A stretch of 64,000 nt of DNA from Scenedesmus sp. PABB004 (GCA_014905635.1 JABVCE010000012.1:1054001-1118000), one strand, 5' to 3'; counted from the stretch's first letter, positions 1-13,136 are shown. Numbers and translations are program-made. The notes: generated by a model not told the origin, from the sequence alone.

Positions 1-749
1 AGCCGCCGCCCTGGCAGCCAGCGCGGCCGCCGCGCGCGCGGGCGCCCCGCCGGCGGCGGGCAGCAGCGCCTCCAGCATCGAGCAGTGGGCGGGCTGGCGC
101 GCCACCGCGGCGGAGCTGGCCGCCTCGGCCGCGGGCGGCTCCGATTGCGCGTCGGCCAGCGACGTTGCTGCCGCGCCGGCGGCGCTGCGGCGGCGCGTGG
201 GCGCGGGCGCTGCCGCGGTCGCGCGGGGGCTGCGCCGGCGGCCGCGGCCGGGAGCCCCGGGCCGGCAGCTGCCAGTCGCGCGCGGGCGCGTGCGCCGAGG
301 CGCCCCGCCCCGCGCTGCCGCGCCAGCAGGCGCTGGCGGACCTGGCCAGCCTGCTCGGCGCCGGCTGGCTGCCGCACGGCCGCCCCGGCGCCGGAGCGGT
401 CACCAGCAGCAGCGACACCAGCGTCGGCAGCCCCCGCAGCGCCGCCGCGGGTGCGGGGAGCCCCGCGAGCCAGCCGCGCTCCTCGCCCGCCACGACGCGC
501 GGCAGCAGCGCCGGCAGCAGCCTGCGCGACACCGCAGCGTCGGCGCGCGCGCACCCGGTGCTACCCTGCACGCCGTGGGTGGGGCTTGGCGGCGGCGCCG
601 GCGACGCCGCGGGCAACTACGTGGCCGCCGCGGTCGAGCACCTGCTGGGCGGCGCGGCGTCGGTCGACGAGCGCTGGGTGCGCCAGCAGCGCGCGCGCGC
701 CGCGCGCGCCAAGCTCGGCGCACGCCGCCGCCTGGACTGGGGCGCGTGA
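1..749 (+). CDS. 3' end of a hypothetical Ser/Ala-rich protein (partial, runs off left edge)
   Basis: ORF 165..749 reads with plausible codon usage and ends ...YVAAAVEHLLGG...RRRLDWGA-TGA. No domain recognised. Confidence 0.5.
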   Translation, partial: PPPWQPARPPRARAPRRRRAAAPPASSSGRAGAPPRRSWPPRPRAAPIARRPATLLPRRRRCGGAWARALPRSRGGCAGGRGREPRAGSCQSRAGACAEAPRPALPRQQALADLASLLGAGWLPHGRPGAGAVTSSSDTSVGSPRSAAAGAGSPASQPRSSPATTRGSSAGSSLRDTAASARAHPVLPCTPWVGLGGGAGDAAGNYVAAAVEHLLGGAASVDERWVRQQRARAARAKLGARRRLDWGA

Positions 750-936
750 CGACGGGTCTGGGGTCGAGCATCGTCGTTGTTTTTTAACAGCGCGTCGGAT
801 GCGTGTTGACGCTCAGAACCTAGGGCTGGTCGCCGCCGCGCAGTCCCACACACTCACCGCCGCCGCCAACACGCCGCCGCCAACACGCCGCACTCGCCGC
901 CAGCAGCCGCCGCCGCATTCGCTCCTCGCAGCGCCG

Positions 937-3119
937 ATGGCGCACGACGGCTGCCGCGAGGTCGAATGGAAGGGCCAGCCATTCAGCTACCTCATGCACC
1001 ACCCGGGCTTCAACCGGACGGAGAACTACGGCTCCGCAAAGGCGGAGGGCGGCGGTGCGTGGTCGCGAAGTGTGGAGCAGCAGCGGCCAGCGCCCCCGCG
1101 CGCCTGCGCCGCGGCGAGCCGCCAGCGCGGCTCATTGGCGTCGCGGGCCTCTGACGCGCCCTCCGCGCCGCCCCGCGCCGCCCCGCGCGGCCCCAGGCGG
1201 CCACGGCGGGCCGGCAGCAGCGCGTGGCAGCAGCGACGTCCACCAGCCGGTGAGGCCCCCGCGGCGCGACCGGGCATGCGCAGGCCGCGTGTCGAGGAGC
1301 AGCAGCGCGGTGGCGGCAGCGGCGGCAGCGGCGGCGACGGCGGCGGCGGCTGCCGCAGCGGCCGGCGCGCGTCCCAGCCGCGCGACCGCGCCGCCCTCCC
1401 CTGCCGCCCTCCCGTGCACGCAGGCCGGCACGGGCACCTGGAACGGCCCCGCGCCGCGCGGCGCGGGCGCGGCGGGCGCGGCGGGCGCGGCGGGCGCGGC
1501 GGCCGTCGCGGAGCCGCGCACCGTGCTGCTCAGCAGCGGCGCGCGCATGCCGATGATCGGCCTCGGCACGTACAAGCTCGAGTCGCCGGACGTCATCAAG
1601 ACCGCGCTGGAGCTCGGCTACCGCCACTTTGACTGTGCGCGCCGCGCGGCGCAGCACGGGCCGCGGCGGCCCGCGCAGCGCCGCCGCCTCGCCGCGCCCC
1701 TGCACCCCGCAACCCCGCCGCCGCGCCGTGCGTAGGCGCCGCGTTTTACGGCAACGAGGCCGTCGTGGGTGCGGGGCTCGCCGACTTCATTGCCGCGGGG
1801 CGGCGCGGCGAGCTGTTCGTCACGTCCAAGGTCTGGAATACCCACCACCGCCCCGCCGACGCGAGGTGTGCGCGCGCGCGCGTGGCGCGGCGGCCGCGCC
1901 GCTCACGCGGCCTGCGCGGCGCCTCGCCCCGTGAGCGTCCGCCGCGCCGCGCCGCGCCGCAGGGCGTCCGTGGTGCAGAGCCTGAAGGACCTGGGCCTGT
2001 CGCAGCTGGACCTGCTGCTGGTGCACTGGCCCGAGGCGTGGCTCCCCGGCAGCGACCCCAAGGGCGCCGTCACGCCCGACTCGAGCGTGACGCTGCTGGA
2101 CACCTGGCGCGGCCTCGAGGCGCTCGTGGACGACGGCCTCGTCGCGGCGCTGGGCCTCTCCAACTGCAGCCTCGCGCAGGTGGAGGAGGTGCTGGGCGCC
2201 GCGCGGCACAAGCCCGTCTGCAACCAGGTGCGCCGCGGCGCGGCGCGCCGCGCCTGCGCGCCGCGGGCGCGCGGGGGCTGCGACAGGCCCCGCGCCGCGC
2301 CGCGCCGTGGCTCAGCGCGCCGCGCCGCTCGCCGCGCCGCGCGCTCGCCGCGCCGCGCGCTCGGCGCGCCGCGCGCCAGGTGGAGCTGCACCCGCTGCTG
2401 GCGCAGCGCAAGCTCGTGGGCGTGAGCTTCCGCCGCGGCGTCATCTCCGTCGCGCACAGCTGCCTCGGCCGCCAGCGCGACGAGCTGCAAGGCAGCGCCG
2501 TGCTCGCGGCGATCGCCGCCGAGACGGGCCGCACGGTCAGCCAGGTGCGCCGAGCGCCGCCCCGCGCGCTGCCGCGCCGCAAGCTGCAGCCGCCCCGCCC
2601 CGTGCCGCCCCCGGCCCGGCCGCGCTGGCTGCGCCCTGCGTGCATTGCGGCCGTGGTCAGCAGCGCGGTCACCGCTGGTGACCGCAGCAGCTCGACCCCA
2701 AACCCTGCGTGGTGCTGCTACACCGCAGGTGCTGCTGAAGTACAACCTGCAGCGCGGCGTGCCGGTCATCCCCAAGGCGACCAGCGCGGCGCACCTGGCG
2801 GAGAACATCGAGGGCATGTTTGACTGGCGCCTCACCAACCAGCAAAAGGCACTGCGCGGCGCGCGGCGGCGGCGCACGGCGCGCGGCGCGCGGCGCGGCG
2901 CGGCGACGGCGTGTCGCCGGTGCGGCGACGGCGTGCGGCTTGCCCCTGGCAGACGGCCGCCGCCGCCGCCGCCGGCGCGCGTGCGCACAGGTGCTGCTGG
3001 ACAGCCTGGACTGCGGGCGGCGCTTTGTGGACTTTCCAGCCTGGAAGGACTGGGGCGACGCGGAGGAGGGCGGCGTGGCCAAGCCCAGCCGCGTGCTGGC
3101 GGCGGGCGCGGCAAAGTGA
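937..3119 (+). CDS. Aldo-keto reductase with N-terminal extension (multi-exon)
   Basis: Joined exons give MPMIGLGTY, GYRHFDC/AAFYGNE (catalytic D,Y), ELFVTSKVWN (K), LDLLLVHWP (H), GLSN, NQ/VELHP and LQRGVPVIPK. ATG at 937, TGA at 3117-3119. Confidence 0.9.
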
Positions 3120-3743
3120 GGTTGGGGGGCTGCAATCGCTGCCGAGCACTACGGACGTGGCGCGCCCGCGCGCACGTGCAGCAGCCGGGGCGCGCGGCAT
3201 CAGGGCAGCGCCGCCACCGGTTGCCTTGAGCAGCCGCCGTGTACAGAGCCGGCTGCTCTTGCGCTGCGCACAGAATGACACACTCCGTGAGCCAGCGGCA
3301 GGGCAGAGCGTTAAACTCCATGATGGCGGCTGGCCGACCCGCCACAGCGGCCGCCGCCGTGCACGCGGCGGCACGCAATTGGGCGCACAGATCAGTGCGC
3401 ACCTGGCTGAGTGCAAGCAGCCGGCCGCAGCAACAGCGATAGTACCACAGTGCTCGCATGTCAATTGTGGTTGGGGAGTGCGGAGCCGCTCCGGGGCCGC
3501 CGCCGACTGTTGGCCGGCGGCGCCGGCGCCAATGCGGCGCCACGAGTCAAATCAAAAGCATGAGCGCTGCCGCCTGTTCGAACTCGTGAGCATTGCCCCG
3601 CCTACCGCTTGAGCAGTGCTGCGGTGTGCGTGCGGCTGTGCCATGCAGGACGCCCCCAAACCCTGCGTGGCCATGATACATGTTATGGCGCGACCGACAC
3701 ATCAGCACGTGTGGGCGCCGCTCCGCGAGCAGCGGCTGCGACG

Positions 3744-6700
3744 TCAGCCCCGGCCGACGGGGCGCTCGCACACAAACGGCATCACGACGTGCGGCTGGAA
3801 CACCTCCCACACGCCGACCGTGTCCAGCGGCTGGTTGAAGTCGTTGCGCCACGCAATGAACGCGCCGACCGTGTCCTTGCTGGCATCGTCCCCGGGCTGC
3901 TGCGGGTTGGAGTCGCCCCAAAACCCCTCGCTGCCCCAGGCCTCGTACGCAGAGACCGCGCCGCTGACCCACTGGTAGCTCTCCCTGCGCCGGCGAGACG
4001 TGCCGGGGCGCGCCCACAGGCCGATCCAGACGTAACGAAAGCCCGCGCCCTGCACGAGGCCCCCCAGCGCCGAGTTGACGTCCGCGGACGTCACGCTGAC
4101 CAGGTGGCCGCCCGCAAGGACGCACACCGCCTCGGCGTCCATGGCGGTCAGGGTGCTAGTGTAGAGCTCGAGAGTGCCGCCGCCAGGCCGCGGCACCGAT
4201 GCGGCGGGCACGGCTGCGGGGCGCAGCGCAGTGCAGGCGGCCGTGGCGGCGCTCAGCGCGCCGCGGCGACGCGCTGCCCTGGGCCGCTGGCTGGCTCGGC
4301 AGGCGCGCCAGCGCCCGTCTGCCCGCTGAGGCTGGCCAAGCCACACACGGTCAGGCGCCCCCGGCTCACCCTGCTTGCAGTCTCCCACCGCGTCGTGTGC
4401 CGACACGTCCCTGCCCAGCATGGGCGCGCCCACAGAGGTCAGCATGCCCGCGTTGGGGCAGGGCGTGCAGCCGGCGGAGCTGGTGGCGTCCTTGTAGCTG
4501 CCCTCGGGGCAGAGGTGGCAGCCCCAGCCCACGGGAAAGGTTCCGAGCGGGCAGTCTGCGGCGAGCAGAGCGCCAGCGAGACCCGCCGTACCTTAAGGGC
4601 GCGCGTCAGCGCCCCCCCCCCCCCCCCCGCGTGCTGGCGTGCAGCGCCGCAGAGCGCAGCACCCCACGCAGAGATGCCTTCGCACCTGCCAGCCTGCCGC
4701 CCGAGCCCCGCAGCCACAGCTGGGCGAGGGTGTTCATCCGGGGGTCGTTGAATGCGACGTCCACCCAGAGTGAGTTGGGCGAGAACGCCAGGATGGCTCT
4801 GTTCGACAGCGTTGGCAGCAGGCCGTCGAGCTTGGCCTGAGTGTGCCCTGGCAGCGGTGTGTAGCTCGGCTGCATACGGTTGAGGAACAGGCCGGTCGCT
4901 GGCGCGGTGAAGCCCGAGTCGGCTGAGCCCGACTGGAGGTAGTCGTTGCTGCCGGTCCGGATGTACTCCAAGCTGTTGGGCTCGGAGGACTTGAGGTGAA
5001 TCGTGCCCTGGCTTGTGCGCACGGACAGCCGGAACTCCGAAACCTTGGGCAGCGCGCCCAGGACTTCAGGGCGCATGTGGCCCCACGAGCCGCCCGGGCC
5101 CTTGGACCGGCTCTCGTCCGTGCCCAGCACCGTGCTGTTGAGCAGGGGAAAGCCGTCCGCGAGGCTGCGCATGTACGTGTTGGGCGCGGTGCCGGCGGCG
5201 CGGTTGTAGTTCAGCACCAGCAGCCAGCCGCCGCCGTCGGTGTCCATGTCACAGTATGCCTGCGGCGAGCACCGGCGGCAGCCAGCGGCGGCCGCGCGTG
5301 AAGAGGGAGGAGGGCAGGAGGGCGGCGCGGCGTGGCGCGCGACGCCGACCACAGCGCGCAGCCTCGCCGCGAGCACGCGCTGCGCGCAGTGCGCACGCCG
5401 CCGCTGCCTGCGGAGCCTGCGCCCGACCTGGTAGGTGTTGCCAGCGATGGTGATGGGGAACACGCCGCTGGGCCGGCCCTGGCCGATGAACTCATCGCAG
5501 AGCAGAAACTCGCTCGCTGGTCGCAGGGCGGCAGGCGGTGCGCGGCGCGTCAACGACCAGCCTTGCACGGGCGCTCCGCGGGCTGACGCCTGCGTGCTGG
5601 TCGCAGCCTCAGCCCAGCGCCTGCGCGCGCCCCACCAGGCTTGCAGTCCGAAGCCTCGTCCCGGTCGGCGGCGGTCTGGCCCAGCGTGACGGTGCCCTCG
5701 GGGCAGCGCGTGCAGGCCTGGGCCCCAGTGCTGGGCTTGAAGGTGTCGTCCCCACACACGATGCAGTCGGTGCCGTCGGGGGTCTGGCCGGGCGGGCACT
5801 CTGCGAGCGGCAGCAGCAGGCGCTTGATAGGGCTGCTGTCGCTGAGTCGCCTAGCGTCTTTGCTGGACTGCCCCGCCCCACCCCACACCGCGGGCCACGC
5901 ACCGATCTGCGCCACCTGCTGCAGCCGCGCCGCCGTGATGCCGCACACGCGCACGCGCTTGCCCTCCAGGCTTTGCGACAGGTCGGGCTGCTTGCTCGTG
6001 CCGCCCTGGGCGTCCAAGAACTGGAACGCGCCGCGCTCTGCGTTGTCCCGCACAAACTGCATGATGTCGACGCCAAACCAGTCCACCACGCCGGCGACCC
6101 AGTCGCCTGGCTGGCCTTGGTACCAGAAGCAGCCGGGCGTCGCGTCCGGCTCGACCGACCGCCGCGCAAGCTTGGTCGTCGCCAGCGGCGGCAGCGCGCA
6201 GCCCACGGCAAAGGTCTGCTCCGTGTTGCCCACGCCGGCCTTGCCGTATGCTACGCGCACCAGGCCGCCGCCGGCGAGGTCCTTGTCGGGGAGCTGCACC
6301 CACCAGAAGAGGCCGACGTTGTCATAGCTGCGCAGCGGCGGCAGCACCGGCGGTGCGCGCAGCTGCAGGTGAGCCTGGGCAGGCGACGAGCGCGCGCATG
6401 CCCACGCGCCCGCACGCGACGCGCCTCACCCGACAATCGACACGGCAATCTGCAGCACGCCCCGCGCGCTGGAGTCCACCGTCGCGTTGTAGACGCCGCC
6501 AGGGTTGCGCTCAAAGAAGGGCCTGAAGCTGCCGTCCAGCAGCATGCTGCTCAGCACGGCGCCGCGCACGCGCACAGCGCGCTGGATCGACAGGAATGAG
6601 TCCAGCGCTTCATACGAGCAGCCCAGGACCGGCACGGCAGGCTTGCAGCGGCTGACCACCTCGCTGCACGCCGCGCCGCTCACGACGGGGCCGCTGCCAA

Positions 6701-8055
6701 CGCAGCTGGCGGCCGCCAGGAAGGGCGCCGGCGCCGCGGCCAGCGCGCTGACGGCTGCCTCATTGCTCCAGCCCAGCTCGCACGGGCGCGCTTCCAGCTG
6801 CTCTGGGCTTGCACCCCACAGCGTGTTTGTTGGCGGGGCACAAAAGTAGGCCAGCGTTGGCGACAGCGCCAGCCCCGCCGCTGGCACGGCCTGCGACGAC
6901 GCCAGCGACGCCTCGAGCACGCTGGCCACGGCGCTGCCCACCACGGTGGCGCACGGCGCCCGCGCCTTGGGCACAGGCAACCGGCTGGGCAGGCCCAGCC
7001 AGGGCTCGTCCGCGCGGTACGCTGCGGGCGCGCCTGCGGCGGGGCGGCCAGCCGGCAGCGAGCAGCAGCGCGCGAGGCGACGCGTCAGGCGAGCTGTGGC
7101 CGTGCACGGGCGGGACGAGGGGCTGGCGCAACTGCCAGTCCCTTGAGCGCTCCGCAGCACGCACCTGCCAGGAACGCCTCCGCCGCTGCTGCCTGGGCGT
7201 CCAGCGCGTCGCAGTTGATCATGCATCCGCGCTTGCGCCGCCCGCCGCCCTTGCCCGTGAACGTGCGAGCAAAGTCCAGGCTGTCCTCAAACACCGACAG
7301 CAGGGCCACCACCTGGCCCATGCCCTTTGTCGGCTCCTGCCCCGGCAGCAGCCCGCCTGCGCGAGGCAGCAGCAGCAGTGTCGGCAGCGACCGGCGAGCG
7401 GGCAGCGCCTGGGACTGCCGCGGGGCGGCGGCGCAGCCGCCAGCCGCGCCGGTTGACAAGGCCGGCCGCTGCACGGCCCGCCGCGCCGCCCACCTTGCAT
7501 GCAGTCGCTGGCGGCGTCGCGGTTGGCCGGCTGCTGGCCCGCGGTGAACGTGCCCGGCGCGCACTTAACGCAGCGCGCCGCGCCCGCGCGCGCCTTGAAG
7601 GTGTTGGCCGGGCACGTGCTGCAGCGCCCGCCCGCCAGCTGCTGGCCGGGCGGACATCCTGCGCGAGGTGCGCACGGCGGCGGTCAAGGACGAGCAGCGA
7701 AGGGCGCCAGCGAGCGGCCGCGCGCGGCTCGAGCAGCAGCAGCGGCGCGCCGCGGCCGGTGCCGCCGCGCTGCGTTGCCGCAGCTGGCGCTGCGGGCGCT
7801 CGCCCGCACACCTCTGATGCAGCCCTCGCCCTGGCGCGCGTAGCCGGCGTTGCAGCGCAGCGCGCAGCCCCCCGTGGGCGTGCAGCTGGTGACGCCGTTG
7901 GCCACCGGCGCGCAGGCGCACGATCGCGGCGAGCCGCCGGCACTGGCGCTCGTGCTGCCGGTCGCCGGAGCCTGGGCGACCGCGCAGGTGGCCGCCAGCA
8001 GCAGCAGCAGCGCCAGCGGGGGGCGCGCCCGCCAGCGCCCGCCCCCGGCGCGCAT
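3744..8055 (-). CDS. Secreted mosaic protein copy A: Cys-rich (GCC2/GCC3, ephrin-receptor-like) repeats, inactive papain-like domain, LysM, fibrinogen-like domain, C-type lectin
   Basis: Signal peptide MRAGGGRWRARPPLALLLLLAA; CxxCPxxTFK/CTxCP repeats; LALSPTLAYFC; LysM-like YQGQPGDWVAGVVDWFGV; YCDMDTDGGGWLLV; AEAVC..GGHLVSV..WIGL..FVCERP. No transmembrane segment seen. Confidence 0.8.
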
Positions 8056-8108
8056 GGCCGCCTCCACGCGGACGACCCTGCCACGTCCGCCTAGCGGTCG
8101 ATCATGGT
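4126..8108 (-). repeat. Left arm of a ~4 kb inverted repeat (partner 13779-17735)
   Basis: Reverse complement matches 13779-17735 almost base for base, introns included (e.g. ORF 5641..6327 is identical to ORF 15558..16244). Confidence 0.95.
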
Positions 8109-8871
8109 CTGCGCGGGCGACGGCGAGCCAGGGCCGCGCAGGGGGGCGGACTTGCCTCTCGTTTTGCGGGCCGCCAACCGTGCGGCGGGTGCGGCGGGTG
8201 CTTGATCACTCGCGCCTTGGCAGCAGCGCGCTGTGGGCGGGAGGGGGCCGGCGACGGCGCCCTGTCAGCTGCGGCCCGCTTGACACCGCCCCCCGTGGCC
8301 GCCAAAAAACGGGCACCTGCGCATAAGGCCCACCAAGTCGCAGTGGTCGATCGCCAGCGGCGTCCCGGCGCGGCGACAGGCTCTGCCGCGCCGCCGCCGC
8401 CGCCGCCGCGCCGGCCGCAGCGCGCGCGCGCAGCGCTCGCCCGCGGCCGTGCAGCGCTGCCGTCGCCGCCGCTCGCTGCGCCCTGACATCTCCAAGCTTG
8501 CTGCTGGCGCAGGCCGGCCTCGGTGGGGCCCTCAGTGCTGGCTGCGGCGGGCGGCGGCGCGGTCGATAGCCCCCGCGGCTGGTCACCCGGCAAGGTGGCG
8601 CCGGTGACCCGACCAGGCAGCGCCGCGCCGGCGCCGGCGCGCCGGCTGGCGGTGTTTGCGCCCGCCTGCGGGTCGCCGTGCCCTGCCGTCGCTCCACACC
8701 GCGCGTGATAGCGCCGGCGACCGCGCCCCCTCCGCTGCCAGCCGTCGGCAGGGCCCGCCAACGCGCGCCAGCTTCTCGCGCTGCCGACTCGTGCGGTGGC
8801 GGCCGGTCGATCGGGCAACTTCGGGCCGGCTTACCCCGCGGCGAAGCGGCCGCCTTCCGCGCTCCTTTCTC

Positions 8872-11800
8872 ATGCGGCAGCGTGCGCGCTGCGCGGCGCG
8901 ATGGGCCGCGCTGCTGTTGAGCTTGCTGCTGGCGCCGCCCGGGCGTTCAGGTGCGGGGCCGGGCCGGGAGGGTGCCGGCGAGCAGATGGCGCCCTGCTCC
9001 CGGGTGCACTGGCGCCCCTGGCGTCGGCCGTCCGCGCCGGCCGACGCCCGGCGCCGCCCTGCACGCTCACAGCGGCTCTCGACTGCGGGACGGGCCAGAC
9101 GGCCAGCAAGGACGGCGCGCGGTGCGTGGTCTGCCCTCCCAACACGTACAAGGACGCGCAGGGGGCGGCGCCGTGCACGCCCTGCCCCGACGGCACCTTC
9201 ACGGCCGGCAACTCCAGGGCCGCCCACACCAGCCGCAGCAAGTGCTTGCCAGGTGCGCGCGCCCGAGCGCGGGGGCGCCGGGCAAGGCGGCGGCGGCTGG
9301 CCCGCGCCGCTCGAGCGGCGCGCCAACGTGCGCGGCGCGCGCCGCCTCTCCCCTCGCAGGCGGCCTGTCGAGCAGCGGCGACAAGCCCCGCCGTCCGCTG
9401 CTGCGGCAGTTCCGGGAGCAGCTGGCTGAGGCGCAGCAGTTCCTGGGGCGCGGCGGGCGCGCAGCGGCGGCGCCGTGCACGAGCGGCTGCAGCAACGCGA
9501 GCACGGCCGCGTCGCTGCTGCGCGACCTCTCCCAGGGCGCCGCCTGGCTGGCGGCCAGCCCGCAGGCGTGGTCATCGGACCAGGGGCGGCTGCGGCTGCC
9601 GCCGACCAGGTGCGCGCGGCCGCCGCGACGTGCGCGCGCGTGCGGCGCGCTCACGGCGCAACAGGCAGGAGCGGGCGCGCGCCGGCGCGCCCGGCTGACG
9701 CACGCACGCGCGCGCGCGCGCGCGCGCGCGCGCCGCAGGCCGCGCGTGCTGGACCAGGGCCAGTGCGCGACGTGCGTCAACGCGGCGCTCGCGAGCGCGG
9801 TCGAGGCGGCGGCCGCGGCCGAGGCCGGCAGTGCCGCGCAGGGCGTGTGGGCGCTGTCGCCGGCATACGCCTACTACTGCCAGCCCGCGCTCACGCGCTC
9901 CTGCGGCAGCGGCTGGACCTTCCGGGACGCGCTCGCCGCGGTCGCGGCCGGCGTCGGCAGCCAGCTGCCGGAGCAGGCGTGCCTGCAGGGCGTGGACCTG
10001 GAGCAGGTTCGCAGCGTCACCCCGAGCGCGCTGCAGGGCGAGTGCAGCAGCATCGCGGCGCGCTGCCCCGCGGGGAGCCGCGGCTCGCCCGTGCTCCAGG
10101 GCTGCAGCTCCCGGCAGCTGTCCGCGTTCTGGGACATTCAGCGCGCCATCCGCAGCCGCGGCGCCGTCGTCACGCGGGTGCGCGCGCGCGCGTGCGCAGC
10201 CGGCGGCGCCGCCGCCCGCCCACCCGCCCGGCGCGCGCCGCCGCCGCCGACGCGCGGCCCTCCCGCCCCTGCGCGCCGCGCCGCGCCCGCAGGTGTCGGT
10301 GGACAGCAGCTTCATTGAGTTCTTTGCCACCAGCCCCCGCGGCGTGTTCAACGCGAGCGGCGCGACGCCGGGCGCGTTCCCGCACGCCGTCATCCTGGTG
10401 CGCCGCGCCGCGCCGCGCCGCGCCGCGCGTGCGCCGCGCGTTGGCCTGCGCGCCGCGCCCGCGCCCGCGCGCGCCCGCGCGCCCACGTGCCCGCGCGCCC
10501 ACCCCCCCCCCCCCACACACACAAACACAGATTGGGTACGACAACGAGCGCCAGTTCTGGGTCGCGCAGAACTCGTACGGGCCCGGCTTTGCCGACGGCG
10601 GCGTGTTTCGCATCGCGTACGGCGCCGCCGACGTGGCCAACCCGGACGAGACGTTCGAGCTGCGCTGCAGGCTGCGGCCCGACGTGCCGTCGCCGCCCGC
10701 GATGCGCTGGCCCCTGCGCGCCGCGCCGGCCGGCGCGGGCGGCGGCGGCGAGCGGTGCTACCGCTACACCGCGCGCAACGGCGACTACCTGGCAGGCATC
10801 GCGGAGCACCTGGGCGTGGGCACGCTGCGGCGGCTCGTCGCGGACGCCGCGGAGCGTGGCGCGTTTGCGCTGCTGCCCAGCGGCAGGCCCGACCTGTCCA
10901 CGCCGCTGGCGGGGCAGTCGCTGCTCGTGTGCGGCGTGACGGAGGACCTCACGCGGCGCGGCCTGCAGGGTGCGCGGGCGCGCCGGGCGGGCGGGCGCGC
11001 GGGGCGTGCGGGGCAAGTCGGCGGCCCGGCGTGGGGGAGGGGGCAGCCGCGGCCGGCGCGGCAGGCGCCGGGCCCGCCGCGCACCGCACCGAGCGCGCGC
11101 GCCGCCCGCGCCGCCGCGCCGCAGACTGCCCGGCCGGCCAGGCGGGCGCCAACGGCACGTGCGCGGCCTGCCCCTATGCCACGTACAAGGACGCCGCCGG
11201 GCCCAGCGACTGCCAGCCGTGCCCCGACGGCAGCGGCACGCTGTCCTGCGAGCCGGAAGGGCACGACAGCGCGGCCGACTGCGTGCCATGTGAGTGCGGG
11301 GCAAGGGACGGGGCGGGCGGCGCCCGCGCGCGGTGCGCCGGGCCAGCGCCGCCGCGCCGGCCCCGCGCCCAGCCCCGCGCCGACCCGCGCCTGAGCGCGC
11401 GCCGCCGCCGCCACGCGCGCGCGTCGCCGCCGGCGCCGCAGTCACGGAGCAGTTCATGTGCGAGCAGTTCATGGGCAAGGGCGCCCGCAGCGGCGTGTAC
11501 AACGTCACGCTGCGCTGCCAGACGTTCCAGGCGCGCCCCCGCGCCCGGCCCGACGCCGCGCCCCCGCCGCGCGCCGGCCGCGGGCAGCCGGCCGCCGGCC
11601 GCCGCCCGCGCGGCCGCGCCGCCGCGCCCACGCGCTCGCCCGCCGCCGCTGCTGCGCGCCCGGCAGGTCTACTGTGACATGGAGACCGACGGCGGCGGCT
11701 GGACGCTGATGCTGAGCTACAACCTCGCGCCGGGGTCGCAGGACGCGCCGCCGCCCGACGACTTCAAGCGCACGCGCGCCGACGGCTGGCCGCTCCTGAG

Positions 11801-12207
11801 CAGCAACCCGCTCGGCGTCGACGAGTCGCGCAGCGTCGGCGTCGGCGGGACGTGGGGCCACATGGGCCCCGATGGCATGGGCCTCGTGCCCAACGTCGCC
11901 GAGGTGCGCGGCGAGTTTGAGATGCCCGACGTGCTCTTCGGCTCGGGCGGCGTGCTCGCCGCGCGGTACAAGACGTCGGAGCCCATCACCGTGGACTACG
12001 TGCGCTTCGCCGCGCGCAACCGGGGCGTCAACCTCAACGGCATCCGCCACGACTTCACGCCCCTCCCCGGGCACAACTACTTCTTGCCCAGCGACGGCGA
12101 GGGCGGCTTCAGCAAGTACGATCTCTTCGGCCTCGCCGCGCTCGGCATCCCGCTGCGCCACACCGTCTACTTCCGCGGCCGCCCCAGCACGCCCAAGCGT
12201 GCGTCCC

Positions 12208-12283
<76 letters not shown>

Positions 12284-13136
12284 GCCGCGCGGGCGCCGCC
12301 GCCGCGCGGCGGCGCCGATGCGCCCCCGCCGCCCGGCCGCGCCCCGGCCGCCGCCGCGCAGCGTGCCCGCCCGGCATGCAGCCGCGCGGCATGGGGTGCC
12401 ACATCTGCCCCGACCACACCTTCAAGGCGGTGACGGGCGCCGGCGACTGCACGCCCTGCCCCAAGGGCACCGTCGCCACGACGCCCAAGTCACGTACCGC
12501 CCAAGTCACGTACTCGCGCTCCGCCGCCAACCACGACAGCCCCGACGACTGCGTGCCACGTGCGGCGCCGCGCGCGCGCAGCGCCGCCGCGCGCGAGGCC
12601 GGCCGCGCGGCCGGGCCTGGCTGACTGCCGCCGCGCGCCGCCGCCGCCGCCGCCGCGCAGCCGTGCCGGACGCGGCGTGGAACGTGACGCGCCCCGACGG
12701 CAGCGCGTGGCTCTGGGAGTTTTTCTGGTCGGTGCGCGCGCGCCAGCCGCACGCCGAGGAGCTGTGCGCGTCGCGCGGCGGGCACCTCGTGACGGTGGAC
12801 TCGCCGGAGGTGCGCGACCTCCTCGCCGCGAGCGTCGCCGACGACGCCGCGACGGGGCGGCCGCTCTTCCCCGCTCTCTACCCCCTCAACATTGTCTGGC
12901 TCGGCCTGCACTCGCCCGTGACGTCGGCCGCGCCCGACGGCCCCTGGGCGTGGTACGGCGGCGCGCCCTACCCCGGGCCGTTCACCAACTGGATGGACAA
13001 CCAGCCGGACAACTACCTCGGCCGCCAGGGCCGCCAGGCCGGCCTCCTGCTCGACAACGAGAGCCGGTGGGACGACCTCATGCAGGAGTTCATGCTCGAG
13101 TTTGTCTGCGAGCGCCCCGTCGGCGCGGCGCGCTGA
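8872..13136 (+). CDS. Secreted mosaic protein copy C: Cys-rich repeats, papain-like C1A protease with catalytic residues intact, LysM, fibrinogen-like domain, C-type lectin
   Basis: Signal peptide MRQRARCAARWAALLLSLLLA; VLDQGQCATC (Cys 9773), PHAVIL/IGY (His 10383), FWVAQNSYG (Asn 10570); LysM YTARNGDYLAGIAEHLGV..GQSLLVC; SGVYNV../VYCDMETDGGGWTLM; lectin WMDNQPDN..WDD..FVCERP. Confidence 0.85.
12210..12281 (+). repeat. (GCC)24 intronic microsatellite
   Basis: Uninterrupted GCC run. Confidence 0.9.
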
